Assembly: GCA_964016885.1 (NCBI GenBank)
Contig: OZ024743.1
Coordinates: forward strand, 301,506,001 to 301,570,000
Direction of reading: 5' to 3'
Length of the DNA stretch: 64,000 bases
Source of the DNA: Eledone cirrhosa
Lineage: Eukaryota
Shown piece after piece: positions 25,340-39,589 of the stretch (position 1 is the stretch's first letter; each line of letters starts with the position of its first letter). The translations under genes and the position numbers were made by a program. The notes under the pieces are model-generated. The model was not told the DNA's origin. It was given only the letters and a program-made list of their open reading frames with translations, and ran no database searches.

Positions 25340-28300
25340 TAAAAAACAATGAAATAACCACAAAGAACAAGTACTTTATATTTAAAAATTCATCATTTTA
25401 TGATCGTTTCTGTGATGTATATGTGAGTTGGTGTGTATAACATATAGATCTATGTAAACATATTACACATTATAAGAGGAAATATACATACCCTCACATA
25501 TACATGCCGTCCACAGAAATGATGAGATGTGTTTATTTAAAAAAAAACAAAGAATTAATATAAAGGGTCTGTTTGGGAACAGGTTTTGAGTTGACAAATA
25601 GAAAAGGAGTTAGAGGTTAAGTTGATAGAATGACAGTAATAGAGATTAAATCTAGGTGTATAGGTGCGCTGATTTATGCTTTGAATGAAAATAATAATAC
25701 TGTGGAGTTCAAATGAAGCCAAGTCAAGAAGGAAGTGAAGGGTACACGAAATGTTTATGTTATTAAAAAATATTGTTAAAAATGAAGGAAAATAAAATGT
25801 TAGGGTAAGGGTATTTGTGAGAAATACCTATCTTATTTAAACCACAAGTAATCTAGATATATAACAAACAAATTAATTAATTGATAGGTATACTTACATG
25901 GATACAGTTATATTAATTCATATGAATGTGATAAATAAAAACTTGATGTTATTAAAGAGTGTTGTTATAAACGAAGGAAAATAACATTTTGGGAAAAGGG
26001 TATTAGTGAGAAATACCAATCTTATTTAAACTACAAGGAATCTAAATAGATAACAGGACATTAATTAATTTATAGGTATACTTACAGAGATAACATTATA
26101 TTAATTCATATAAATGTGATAAATAAAGAAGTAAGAAATTAAAGTAATAAAAATAAAAGATAAATTTACTAAAAAACGGAAGTAGATAAACATATTCTTT
26201 TATAAAGAGTATTGTATCTATATTGACATTGACGATATTAAAGATATTAATTATATTTAATAATCATAGGTATTAAACGTGATAAATAGGGGATGCGAAT
26301 AAATGAAGTAGTGTGGTTTAAAATAATTTTAGGAAAAGAGAGCTGTAACAGTGAAAAAATATCAAGTTCTCTGTAGTAAAATTCTAATTATAGGTTAAGT
26401 AAATTTAAAAAAAAACAATTATAATAATTTGTAAAATAAAAGAGTAAGGTGTATATTAATTAGGTTTATAATATGTGAAGGTTCTTCTAATTCTATGATT
26501 GCAAGATATAATTAATTCCTGTCGCTTATTTAATAGGATATCCTTAGATTTCATGATTTCAAAAAGTTCTTAGGAGCATAACCTACACTCGTATCTGCTA
26601 TTTTCATAATGGGTGGCCCTTTTCAGCACGCTCCAGGTCAGGTTGTAATCGATGTTCTTATTTCTATAATTATTAATTGTTTCAGCCAAGGATGTTGTAT
26701 TAGCTAATGCGGCATTTTTAAAACTATGTTACTTTAAATTGGTTAGACGTAGCTCCTATATATGAATAAGTGGAGTACTTAGTGCTAACTTTACATTTAT
26801 ATACTACGTTATTAATAAGACAATTTCCCTTTCATGGGCAATTTCTTTTGATTCTACAGTTACAACCATTTGTGAATATTATATCAGAGGAGTTAGTTAA
26901 ATTTGGTGTGGAATTTACAGGACATGTTATAGGTGAAGGAGATGGAGGTTTGTTACGGTTTATTTTAGTATTATTTTGGTTGATTTGATGTGTTGGTGGT
27001 ATATTTATGGTTTTTTTACACTTATATGCGTTGTACGAAGTTATATTCTGTTGTAAACCTTTGGTAGTGGAGTATGAACAGTTGACTGTATATCTATTTA
27101 AAAGTTGATGGCATTTATGGTTTGGTGGAAAAGTTTTTCTCTTGGACAGCAACTCATTTTTTAGGGATATTGTAGATTAAATGGAGCATTATATCAAGTA
27201 ACCCGTCTATTGCGGTTTCAATATTGTTTCGTATATTTAGCGACGTATCAGGATGTTTACTAAGAGAGTTATTATTAGTTATTTTATTATATATAGGTTT
27301 AGTTTGATTAACTTATTTAGGTGTTTTAGTCTGATTACTAGGAATTTTGTTAGTAATGTTGTTAACATATGTTGGAGTATTAGGATAAATGGTTTTTTGA
27401 AAGTCATTATATATTACGTGAGAAGAGGTAGTGCAATTAAGTTTTAGATTGGTGTTTTTAGGTGTAGTATGAGTGGCATTTATGTGTGGGTTTTTCATTT
27501 GGTTTTAGTTGGTAATATTAGGTTGTATGTTTGAAATATTATTGGTGCAAGGTATGTATACTAATTTGTTTTTGTGGCCACTTCTAGCTAGAGCTTCGTT
27601 ATAAAAGGGCGCCATTTTTTCGAATACATCTTGACTTGATGAAAGTTTAGAGATCCTGAGTGAGATGTTATATGCTAGGTGTTTAAGGATAGGTCTAGGG
27701 TGATTGGATTATGAGTGTATGTAATGCAAGTATTGGTTAGGTTTATGGTAAGGTTGGTAGATACCCGTAGATAGGAAATTGACTATTTTACTGGTGTTGT
27801 CAAATGTAATAGTGATATTATAATAGTCTTTGAGGAAAGTTATAATAAGTTTTTTTAATTTCTTGCAATTTCTGATAGGCTAAGATTAGTGGATAGAAGA
27901 AGACAGTCTTCACGATATAAACCACGTATAGGGTGGGGAAAAGATGAATTAATGTTAAATAGAAGAAAGAGGCCCACAAGATCGATAATTTGGGCGGAAT
28001 CACTAGAGCGCATAGTTATATCGAAGAGATTACTATATGTATTCCTGGTCCAGTTCTCCTTCTGAAACTCCAGTAGTGTCTGTCTTGCGTGCGTGAAAAT
28101 ATTGATGTCATCCATAGTTAAGTCTGTTCTATTTTTGGCAAATATCAAGGCTTTGTTCAGGAGTATGGGTGATATAGAGGAATAATAAGCTTCTATGTCG
28201 AACTGTAGAAAGGAAGCAGATGATTTATTTCTAATATTAGTAAACCAGTTAATTACTTGGGATGTGTTTTCCCAGAGGGGTAAGCTAACATGTTTTCTTA

Positions 28301-28690
28301 ATTGTGGGATAATTCTATCTAAAAATATTATACTAATGATGCCAATGTCACACTTGGAAAGGCATATAAGCCTTATAGTAGGATTAGAGTTAAAGTTAGA
28401 TTTTTGATCTTTCAGGTTAAAGTGTGTTTTTTTCTCGAAGTTTTCAAGCAATGAGTTGTGTGGGGGGTTCTTATATGTGGTGAAATTATATAAATATTTC
28501 TTATCCTTACGTTTTGTTTTTCTATCAAAATGGTAGGCTCTCCATCTGATCCGTTTGATGAATTGGTTGGCTTTTTGTATCATAAGAAGTAAGAAATCCT
28601 CCTTAGAAGGTATCGGTATATTCTTTAAAGAAGTTCCCAAGTATTGTATTTCCATTGTAATATGGATCATGGACAGGAAAGAGAGCTCAA
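25340..28690 (-). mobile_element. Naiad-type PLE (family 3), decayed, with an internal deletion
   Basis: SLKNIPIPSK..FIKRIRWRA, IRLICLSKCDIG, LQFDIEAYYSSI, GLYRED, CNCRIKRNCP before the GIY-YIG remnant. About 100 codons missing near 28420 relative to the 54070 ORF. Confidence 0.9.
25391..25524 (-). ncRNA. Decayed type I hammerhead motif with 99-nt stem II
   Basis: Reverse complement catcattt-CTGTGGA-..atgtatatgtgag..ctcacatatacat..-GAAA-cgatca-TA-aaatgatg. 8-bp stem I, two substitutions in core/stem III. Confidence 0.65.
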
Positions 28691-28767
28691 CTATATATAC
28701 AGGAAGTCGTAAAATGATATATATTTATATTAAACTATGAATACTTATATAAAATTAGGAGCAAAGT

Positions 28768-29070
28768 ATGTAGATAAGTCTACCAAAATATACGGTAGTG
28801 TCCAATCCGTATGAAGAACTTAATGTTATCCAAATATAGAAGATATCATGAAAAGAGAAGAAACATTCAAACATTTACGATAAGAATCATAGGAAAACAG
28901 TCAAGATAAATAAGTTCGTTATATTAAAAAACAAACTATGTTTTCCTATGATCTTTTTCGTAAATATTTTAATGTATCTTCTCTTTTCATGATATCATCT
29001 ATATTTGGATTACATTGAGTTCTTCATACGGATTGGACACTACCGTATAATTTGGTAGACTTATCTACAT
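28768..29070. repeat. Inverted repeat, ~130-bp arms, ~40-bp spacer
   Basis: atgtagataagtctacc..cataggaaaaca / tgttttcctatg..ggtagacttatctacat. Confidence 0.92.
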
Positions 29071-29158
29071 ATATATACATATATATAAAGAATAAAAGAT
29101 GAAATCGAAAATGCAACTGGAATCTTTTTTTTTTTAAATATATATATTTATTTGGTTC

Positions 29159-29194
29159 CTTTACCGGTTTCGCAGTTCTTCTGCTTTTCAAAAG
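29159..29194 (-). ncRNA. Variant minimal hammerhead motif (U3-A8)
   Basis: Reverse complement ctt-TTGAAAA-gcag aagaa ctgc-GAAA-ccgg-TA-aag. Confidence 0.75.
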
Positions 29195-29361
29195 TAGGTT
29201 TTTCTCACATCGTCTTTGAATGTTACTTGTTTTATATGGAAAAAAGTGTCTCGTAACGCCAGGTTTTTAGAGAAGTAATTTGATTGGTTGGTCAATAATA
29301 TAATAAATTTCGCGCCAGTTCGCGTTACAAAGTTCTTTAAACAAGGCCGGCGGCTCGGGAT

Positions 29362-29986
29362 GTTTTTTCATATATGAGTGAAGTTTGGTTGGATGATGCA
29401 GTCACATGAATAAGCACATCAGCGTTCGCGCCAGTTTATTTGAATTTCTTTTTAATTAAAAAAGGGGGATCTCGGGAAGGCTTTTCTTTTAATAAATGTA
29501 ATTTGATTGGTTATAAATGAAATTATGGGTGTCACGTGATCAAGTTCATTAAATTTCGCGCCCGTATTTGGGAATTTATTTTGTAGCCTTTTACAGAATT
29601 TTATGACAAACAAAAGATAATGGACAAGAGGAATGAGATGGGGGAATTGTTCTGGTTCCGTGAATATGGCAGGTTGTTTTTTCATATATGAGTGAAGTGT
29701 GGTTGTTTGATGCAGTCACTTGAATAAGCACATCAGCTTTCGCGTCAGTTTGTTTGAATTTCTTTTTACTTAAAAAAGTGCCTCACGAAGGCTTTTTTTT
29801 AAATAAATGTAATTTGATTGGTTATAAATGAAATTATGACTGTCACGTGAACAAGTTCATTAAATTTCGCGCCCGTATTTGGGAATTTATTTTGTAGCCT
29901 TTTACAGAATTTTATGACAAACAAAAGATAATGGTCAAGAGAAATGGGATGGGAGATTTGTTCTGGTTCAGTGAATATGGCTGGTT
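29362..29986. repeat. ~312-bp tandem duplication
   Basis: ttttttcatatatgagtgaagt..gtgaatatggc occurs twice. Confidence 0.9.
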
Positions 29987-31554
29987 CGCTACGGTGTCAG
30001 AAATCAGACTTTCTATTGAAATAAAGAAAGTAGAGATATGTACGTTTATTTGTGTACTTGTGTGTGTGTCTGTGTGTGTGTATAGGAATATGATTCTATT
30101 AGTAGAAACGGGGGAGGGAGTTGTGTATATTTGTATAGGGGTGTTATGTGTGTGTGGGGGGGGAAGGTTATGATGGAAAAAATATACATATTTTGTGTGT
30201 GTGTATGTGTGTAGGAAAGTGATTCTATTAATAGAAACGGGGGAGGGAATTGTGAGTGGGGGGGTGTTTTGTGTGTGTATGGGTGTTATGTGTGTGTGGT
30301 AGTATGGGTAGCATGTTAAGATGAAGAGAATATATATTTTGTGTGTGTGTGTGAGTGTGTGTGTGTGTAGGAAAATGATTCCATTTGTAGAAATATTTTG
30401 GAATGAACATATTTTCCTTATTTATTCGTATTTGTTATGTTGTATTGTCAGCGCAAACGTATGTTAAGTTTTATTTAGTTCGGGTTTTTATTTTCTAAAG
30501 TAGAAGGTGTTATGCGTGTGTGTATGTGTCTGCTTGGATGGTTAGCATGTTATGGTGTTGACATAATGTATATTAAACCATATTTAATGCTGGTCTATAT
30601 TTTTGAATAAACATATTTTCCTTATTTATTCGTATTTGTTCTGTTGTAAAGTGTTGGTTGATCAAATAATCCACTGACTTTAGACGTAGACGTAAAGCAC
30701 TCGACGACTTGTCTTCCTTAAAGTATTATCAATAAGGAGAGTCAAGATTATAAAGGGGAGAGATAGTTTTAAATATACATCCTCTGTTTATTATTATTAT
30801 ATATATATTAATAAAAACGATAAAGTTTCCTTTATATGTATTCATGTTCGCTGCGCACATGACTCACTTCTGGTCACCCTAGAATTTATGAACCCACCTC
30901 CAGCATATAGGAACGTTCCTCCCTTCTTTCCCACCCCAATACTTTTAGTGGTCTACATTTTAACATGATATCCGATGGTAGGGATCGAAATTGCGAAGTT
31001 AATCTTATCGGCTGATTTCTCAGAGTTCATTGTCTTTTGTTTTTATTTTTAATTAAATACATTAATTTTTCCGGTTTCTTGTCATCGTGTTAATTTTCCT
31101 AAATGTATTGTTAATAAACTGTGATGAGCGTGTTCTCTCTTCTTCCCGTTCTAAGATTGTGAAAGGGTTACATTTTTTAATGCAATATCGTTCTTTATTC
31201 TTCTTGCTGTTTTCCGTTTCTTTTTTGTTTTTCTTTTTCATTTATTTACTTCCTTTTCTTCAGTCTCCCGAGTGTAACAGTTGCTATAAATGCACATTAG
31301 CTAGTCGTCATTTTACATGTACATGTAATGTCTTAATTGTTAAAAGGTATTGTTTTTATTGTCGTTTACTCAACATTTGGACAAGCAATACTTGATGGCA
31401 CATTTCACAACTGCCAGATTCTATCTCAAAGACTGAGCAACTTATGTATCTTTCGCGCGTATTTATATTTTTTTTAAATATTAAGGTTTCCTTTAATTTT
31501 TTTCTCTTGTCGAGCTCTCGTTCAATTTCTTGTCTTCTCTTTGTTAATTTTCAT

Positions 31555-31935
31555 AAGTTTATATATATATACATATATCGACAGTCGAACGACTTTCGTC
31601 AAATCGGACCGAGGAAACAATGTTTCCATCGGTCTTTCCAATTGTTAACATATCTATCGATCGCAACTCCAGGTAGAAGGAGCAACGTAAAATAAAGTGT
31701 CTTGCTCAAGGACATAACGCATCGTTTTTCGGGGAATCGAACTCACAACCTCACAATTGCGAGTTCGATTCCCGGACCAGGCGATGCGTTATGTCCTTGA
31801 GCAAGACACTTTATTTCACGTTGCCCCTTCTATCTGGAGTTGCGACCGATAAATAGTATTAGCAATTGGAAAGCCGATGGAACCATTGTCTCCTCGGTCC
31901 GATTTGACGATATATATACATACATATAAACTTAT
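31555..31935. mobile_element. Head-to-head fold-back of a 5'-truncated CORE-type SINE
   Basis: B box GAGTTCGATTCC + TGTCCTTGAGCAAGACACTT on + from ~31760, and its reverse complement at 31578-31748. Confidence 0.85.
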
Positions 31936-33943
31936 AGTTTATATATATGTATAATAAATGTTCGGTAAACCGATACGTGCATGTATATATGTGTGCATGT
32001 ATGTATATATATACATACTACTGTACGTCTGTATACTTACATGTATGTACATATACATACATACTTACATTTAAGTAAGTGCCGTACTAAGAGTGAGAAA
32101 TGAAACTTCGTTTCATTCTATTTCATTTATATATATATATATATATGAATATATATTTATATATATATACACACATCCACATCCCCCCCCCCCCTCACAC
32201 ATATATATATATAATTTACGTAGACAATTTAACAACCGATTTCCGTGCTTAAATGACTTGGTGAGTTCAACAATAGTTGATAATATAGATGAATAAATAT
32301 ATGTTAAATTAATTTAAATAACTAATTCATGCAGTGATTAAGTCTTCAATTATATAGCTATACGTACAAAATTAATTAATTATAATTGATGAGTGTAAAT
32401 GAAATTTCGAATTGAAGTAAGATACCTAAACTAATGAGGAAACCTAACGCATACATATATCAAATACTGAGATTACCTCCTATTTCCCACAATGATCTTG
32501 TATTATTCAGCTTCTAAATCTAGGTATACATATTTAACTCAATAATTGAAATTTATCCGCTAATTGGTCTCGGTGACTTCACTTGTAATCGATGATTCTG
32601 ATCTCGTGGCACGATCTAATAAAGTGTCATTTGCATCGCTTCTTCGGCTAGAATTTGCAGCAAAGTCTCCTACTAAATAACAGAATGGTTGAAATATTGA
32701 AGGGAATCAGGTTGTTTGTAGTTAATTTGATGAAAGTCCGGCTCAGGTCTGCTGGGAATTATCGGATTCAATAAATGAACACTGGACCAGATGAAGAATT
32801 TATTTTAATGCAATGGATTGAGTACTCAAAACAAAAAGTCTCATAAATTTCACCGAACATCTCATACGATATTTTAACAATTGTAATATTTAACAATTTT
32901 TCTTGCAAGAATAGCTTATTTATAGAAATCAGTGAATTCAGGTGAATACATACCTAGATGACTCTATTGGTGATTATATACACAAATATATACATATATA
33001 CACTCACAAGGACACACATATTCTTGCCGGATACCCATCGAACCAATTGCGATTGTACCACTTGTTTCAAGGAAGGAAAATATCCTCAATGCAACTATTC
33101 ACACCGCTATTTACCTAGATCCAGCGAAGATAATGGATGTGACAGATGAAACGTTCGATGGTGCTGGAGAGGAAAGTATTTTAATGATCCAGAAGAGATG
33201 GGAGGTAAAATAGGCCTCGGATAGGTTTGAATTCCACATTTGAATGTACACCAAAGCTGGAATATCTAAGGAACTATCAACTCTGGAAAATGAACCAACT
33301 TTCCTTCATCGCTACAAATCCTTCTGAAGTGATTGCTGATTTCAACCTAAATATCGGTGACCTCATTCCTGCTTCTTTCATGCTTTTTGTTCTCATCTGG
33401 AAATGGTTTACAATATTAATTGTGTACATCGATAGCCTATGGCGGTAGCTGTATCTGCATGAGTAACGTAGAGTGGTTTCGTCCCGAATTGAATATCTGT
33501 CCGCTTATTGGAAAAAGTGAATATCGATCGTTATATAAAGCTTCTATTAACATATAAAAGATATGCATTTGGAGAGAAGGCTTTGTGAACGAAACAACAC
33601 CATTTGTGTATAATGTGTCTATGTGCAATTGCTTGGTAATTGTATATAGAATAGAATTTGGTGTCGTAACGGCAAGAACTCAGCCACCGGGTCCTGACGC
33701 TCTACTAACAAACTACCGAATATTCTGCTGAATAATTGTCCTGCACGTTTAATACTGGTATATTCCTGCTCCCTCTATATCCCTCTCTTTCTGTCTCGCA
33801 AACACACGCATACTCACATACAAACACACACACGTACTAACAAATACACAGACACACACAGACATACATATACCAATTCCTCTTCTTTTTCTGTTCCCTT
33901 GTGTTAATTTTTCTCTCTCTTGCCTTTTTTATTCTTTAATCTC

Positions 33944-34015
<72 letters not shown>

Positions 34016-34334
34016 TCTTGCTCTGTCTTTAACTCTCTCTCTCTTTCTATTTTTCATTCTCGCAGATATATTTATTTATTTCAACTTCTATTTTCCCAGA
34101 TGTCACCCCCAAATCCCCTTCCATTCGCACTCAGCATACTGCCCCTTCTCCCAATCTGTTGTTCTACTTTCCTATATATAATGTCATCTGAATAATAGGT
34201 CGTCTCATGACCCTATTAGTACACAGGAAAAACACCAACATCTCAAGTTTCAAAACTGTACTTAATGATTAAATTACACACGCAAACACACACATACGCA
34301 TACACACACACACACGCGCGCACGCACACGCACG

Positions 34335-34393
<59 letters not shown>

Positions 34394-36597
34394 GCACACA
34401 CATACACACACACACACACTATTTCTTTGCAAAGATTCTCAACTTTATATTTCAGACTTCATGCTATTACAATAATCAGACCAATTATTTGTCACTGTAG
34501 ACAGAAAATTAATTATTTTTTTCTAGGAATTTATTAATATTTATATGTTTAGTATTTATTCCTTTTTTTTTTTAGCGATGTATCTTTTTACGCAGTTGTT
34601 GATTTTTATGATAAATATTGATTATTTTAAAGCGAATCTAAATACCTTACTATGTTACGGTTTTAAGACATTTATAATTAAGCGGTAGTAAATGAGTAAA
34701 CAAATTAGATGACTATGTGTTCATATATATTGAGATTTTTTTTTTTTTTTTCATATATTTTTAAAAAAAATAAAAGACAAAGAATAATGGAAGAAATTAA
34801 AAAAGCAAGTCGGCAAATAACAAGAAGGACATACCATTTTAAGTAGAAGTTTTCTTAATTGCCGCAGTATTGATGCACAATATTATGTCACTACGTGAAT
34901 TGTCGGAGTTCTATGACTGATTTAATTTGAAGTGATGCTAAAGGAACAGGAAATGATCGATATTTTTATTATCTTTTTAATTATGATTTTATTATTATTA
35001 TTTATTATGCGCATCGGAATGTCAGAATCATTATGGCGGCGGCCAAAATGCGTTGCGATATTTAGGTACTGAGTTGTCATGCCGCCAATGTTAAATTTAC
35101 ATTTCATCCAAGTTGGTCAATAATTGAAATTGGTGAATCCCACCAATCAAACATTTGTACAGGTGAGAAAGAATACCTACGTAAGCATGGAACAGTTTAC
35201 CTGAAGCTTAATGTTGAATAGTTTTTGTCTATAATGATGCTGAAGACTCAGTTCATGATTTTTTTCCAACATGTCAAGGAAAGAATTTGGTGATTGCTCT
35301 CGATTGTCTCGTCGCAGATGTAACAGTATATTCCATGCTTAACAGCTCCACCCACGACAACCACCACCTTGTGCGATACTTCATCTTCCGTTTAAATGAA
35401 GCGACAACTTCTGATACGGTCAATCATAAGTTCATGGCATATGCCTTCAAGTTATTTGGTTCGGTTGCATCATCACGTTCCAAAGCATAGAGCAAATATC
35501 CATCTACTTGGAATGTTCAGAATCAGAAAACTACAACTAATACTACTACTACTAATACAATTGTTTCTATTACTATTGCAAATAATAATAATTATAATAC
35601 TTTATTATTGACCACGAGGGCCGAACATAGAGGACAATACAGAGGACAGTGGGGTTTACATATATTCGACTAAAATGTATAAACAAAAACATTTAACCAA
35701 TAATATCAACAACATAATTCCCTAATAGGGAGACATACCACCCAGGGATAACGTCAAGGAACCCCACAAATCCCAACACACCCTCATCGCCATTAGCACC
35801 CTAGGAGGGGGCCCTGTCTCCCTCCATCCTTCCAGCCTACAGGCGCATGCTCAGAGTGGGCACATTTACACAGGCCATTCTCGAAGCAATACCCCACCTT
35901 TTAAAAAATGATCGTGGGGTGTAGGGATATTTTTCTCACCCCTCTTATCTTCCTTTGCAAATGGAACTAGAAAAGGTTGACTTGGGCTTGGCCGAAGAGG
36001 AAAGTGTTTGTCTTCAGAAATTCGAGTGGCATATTCTCTCGTTACTGTTATCATACTTCTACTTATCCTTTAGAGGTATTTAGGAACATTTAGATTGGAT
36101 GCATTTGAACTCAGCTCGTATAGGGGCCTATCCTTATGAGATAAATCATGTTGTCCGACGGTTTATGGATACCTCCAATCCATTGGCGTTATAAGTAATG
36201 CTAACATCAATAATAATAATAATGATACTATTACTAATAATAATTCCTCCATACATATGTACGTGCGCCGTACATATTTTAGATGCCAGGGATATTTCAC
36301 GACAGTGTGTGGCACGGCAGGTCTTTGAGCACTAGGTACAAAAAGATTTTGCCACATCACTAGCCTAGAATAATGTGCTACAAATCTTCTTGCCTAAGGA
36401 CAAACTGGATCGCTGTGATCAAATTCCCTACGTTAAATCTAATCGATGCACACACCAATCAGTATAACTGTTGCATTGATACTCATAAACACACACACAC
36501 GTGTTCATTATCATTATACCCCCCACCCTCCCCTCAGACATTAAGAGTGAGTGCTCTGCCAACTTGGATATCTATATTTTCTACTACATTCAGTGCA

Positions 36598-36657
<60 letters not shown>

Positions 36658-36684
36658 ACCATATATATATATATGTATATATAA

Positions 36685-36864
36685 CGGAAGAAATGTGGTA
36701 AGGAACCAGGTGGACCATAACGCACCAAAGTACTCAATACTTAGGGTAGTAGAGTGGGTAATAGGAACGAGTAGGACACGACGGCTGAGCTAAAGCCGTT
36801 TCGACGGCTATTTCAGAATTAGCCGTTGAAACGGCTTGAGCTCAACCGTCGGGGTCCTACTCGG
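36685..36864. repeat. PLE-like terminus with fold-back (36769-36862); related to 1785-1905
   Basis: gagtaggac..aagccgtttc / gaaacggctt..gtcctactc. Shared ggaaccaggtggaccataac. Confidence 0.75.
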
Positions 36865-36879
36865 TCCTATATATATATA

Positions 36880-36926
<47 letters not shown>

Positions 36927-36931
36927 CATAC

Positions 36932-36962
<31 letters not shown>

Positions 36963-37009
36963 ATACATATATTGCTAGCAAACATCACAAGCGCTCTATC
37001 TCAAAATTA

Positions 37010-37045
37010 TTTTTGAAAAGCATTAGAAATGCGCAACCGGTGAAA
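37010..37045 (+). ncRNA. Variant hammerhead motif (U3-A8, GCAA), triplet mutated to GUG
   Basis: Inside Neptune-type pLTR fragment ~36976-37185. Confidence 0.45.
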
Positions 37046-37184
37046 ACTTTAAACTAATACTGAATACTAACCAATACTTATTACTAATTTATACTTATTC
37101 CTAATTAAACTATTTTTCACTGGAACACATTTGTCACCATTTTCTTTTCCTTTTACTAATATATCACAACTCGTGTGTTGCACC

Positions 37185-37243
<59 letters not shown>

Positions 37244-37426
37244 CGGCGATGAATTAGTTTTGGGAGGTTTTTTATATTTAATCGTGTGTCGAAACAAATA
37301 TTGTTATACTAAATATTGTTATACTGAATATGAAATCGTGTGTGTTGAAACAAATATTGCTATACAAATATTGTTATACTAAATGAAGATGGCGTAGACA
37401 TACAATGTAACGGGAGGAAACAATAG

Positions 37427-37470
37427 CACCACTGACGATGTTGCAGATGTGCAACGAAAGAACTTTGATA
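37427..37470 (+). ncRNA. Hammerhead-like motif with an extra base after A9 (family also at 60866-60905 and its mirror)
   Basis: cacca-CTGACGA-t-gttgca gatg tgcaac-GAAA-gaac-TT-tgata. Stem I imperfect. Confidence 0.55.
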
Positions 37471-39316
37471 AACTATATGTATGTGTTTGTGTCTATATTG
37501 TATCTGTATTATTTTTGACCGTTGGTCAGTCAATGGCAACATTGAGGACCGAATACATTAGATTACCGATATAAAAGACACAGAAACGAAAAGCGAAAAC
37601 CAACCAAACAGTGAGTGTGTTTGTTATTAATTCTGGCAATATTATCAAATATGACCCTCCCCAAGTATAACACTATATATATATATATATATACATATAT
37701 ATATGTATATATATATATATATATGTACATATATGTATACATATATATATACAATGCACATGGCGCTATATATATAATCAATTATTATCTATGATATTAA
37801 CAGTTCGTACATAGATTCAATAACACTTTTCATTTCTTTTATGCAAAATTGCTACGGTTAGAATCACAGCACATTACATCCTAATGTTTTTCGAAAATGT
37901 TGTTAGAGGAGAATTCGTCATGATGGAAGATAATATGATGGAGCCTAATTTTTGGATCATCTGATGATTTTATGTTCCGTGATTAGTAGGCTATGAATTT
38001 AAATGTTATCGTTCAGCAGTTAAATTATCACGCATAATTTCGGATATAGCTGACGAACATCAACGACAACCTAGTAAAGAGCAAAAACAGGAGAGCTTAA
38101 ACAACTGCCCATTTAATATTTTATCGCGCTTTTATTATTTTTTTTCTCTTTCCATCAATTGCAAGCGTTTAGAGACTTAGTGAATATAATATAGATAATC
38201 TAATTTCACTACATTTGTGCAGCAGCTATTTGCAGATTCATAAGGTAGCATGATATAATATGCCTTAATCGCTCGTGCCTAGTGAAATGGTATAACTTTA
38301 TTGAAAGGCATACAATTAGATTAACCTGATTCATGATACGTGCGCCTACAATATACCCTTTAAAATCATAGTTTCCTTCCTTCTAATGAAGCACCACATG
38401 GCTAGTTAAAGGAAAATCGATGGGTAACATTTCTTTACACATGACTTGTTGCGTGATGAAACGACGCTCTTGTTTAATAGGTTGCCTAACTCCACAAATA
38501 TATGATGCAAAGATTTGTAGAAACTACTAATCTTGATAAACATCTATTAGCAGAAACGATAGAAAACCGAACAAATATGTTACGGATTTTCGCTCTGAGT
38601 TCAAATCCCATCGATGTCCAATTAGCAATTATATTCTTGGTTCGATAAAGTAAATATCATTCACGAACAGCATTCGTTGTCAGATACAATTGAATAAGGG
38701 CTTCCCTACAATTCGTGACCTTAAACAATACTATCATATCCAACGGTTGCGGGAATGTGGTATTTGTTGAAATTTTGCCGATGGAAAGCTATCCTATGAA
38801 ACTAGTCACGGAGTCGAATTAATTGACTAATCGCACCCACAATGTTTTGGAATATTGTAAATATTATATATTGTATTATAATGACAACACTTTTGAAATT
38901 TGTGTTGTCCAAAAATGTCTACCGTTGGTCTAGAGTTCCTTTTGGAACAACAACCTTTCCTCTTATGTTGCTTAACGAAGCATGTCTATCTTGGCCAGCA
39001 TAGGCCTTCATATTATCAGGTTATCATTCTCCTTTTTTATTGGAAGAAAATATGACGATCAGTCAGTAGTATAACCCTAAATCAACGTGGATGTTAATAA
39101 TAGCAGCCCGGTATCCGTTGAGTCATAATGACCGATCACTTCATATTCTCATCGAACAGGAAATCACGTCCTAACAGCTACTATGACCAGTTACTAGTTT
39201 CATATGACTAAGACACTCATATGACTAAGACACTCAAGGAACCATGATATTCGGGCCATGGCTTGTTCCAGTTAAAACGTTCGCTAGCTCTCCTCACTAA
39301 TAGAGCAGATTAACAT

Positions 39317-39341
39317 AACCCTAACCCTAACCCTAACCCTA
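39317..39341. repeat. Short (TAACCC)4 telomere-like tract
   Basis: Direct reading. Confidence 0.8.
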
Positions 39342-39589
39342 GAACATTATTTATAAGATCCATTTGGAAAATAATTCCATAGTAAAGAGAGTAATGTGGA
39401 GCCATTAAATATTTTGAAATTTAGATATAAGAATTGTACATCGGGATGTAATTAATTGATTTACTTTCAAAACATGACTGCACATCAAAGATTGCAAATC
39501 AAAAAGATAGCTTACTATTTTTGTTTGGGAAATGCTGACTGTGTGAGTTCTTTGATTTTTTTAACAAGCTTTTCTACCTAACTCTATTA

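Noticed and set aside
39317-39341. Telomere or chromosome-fusion relic
   Set aside because: Only four units; unremarkable in this repeat-rich context.
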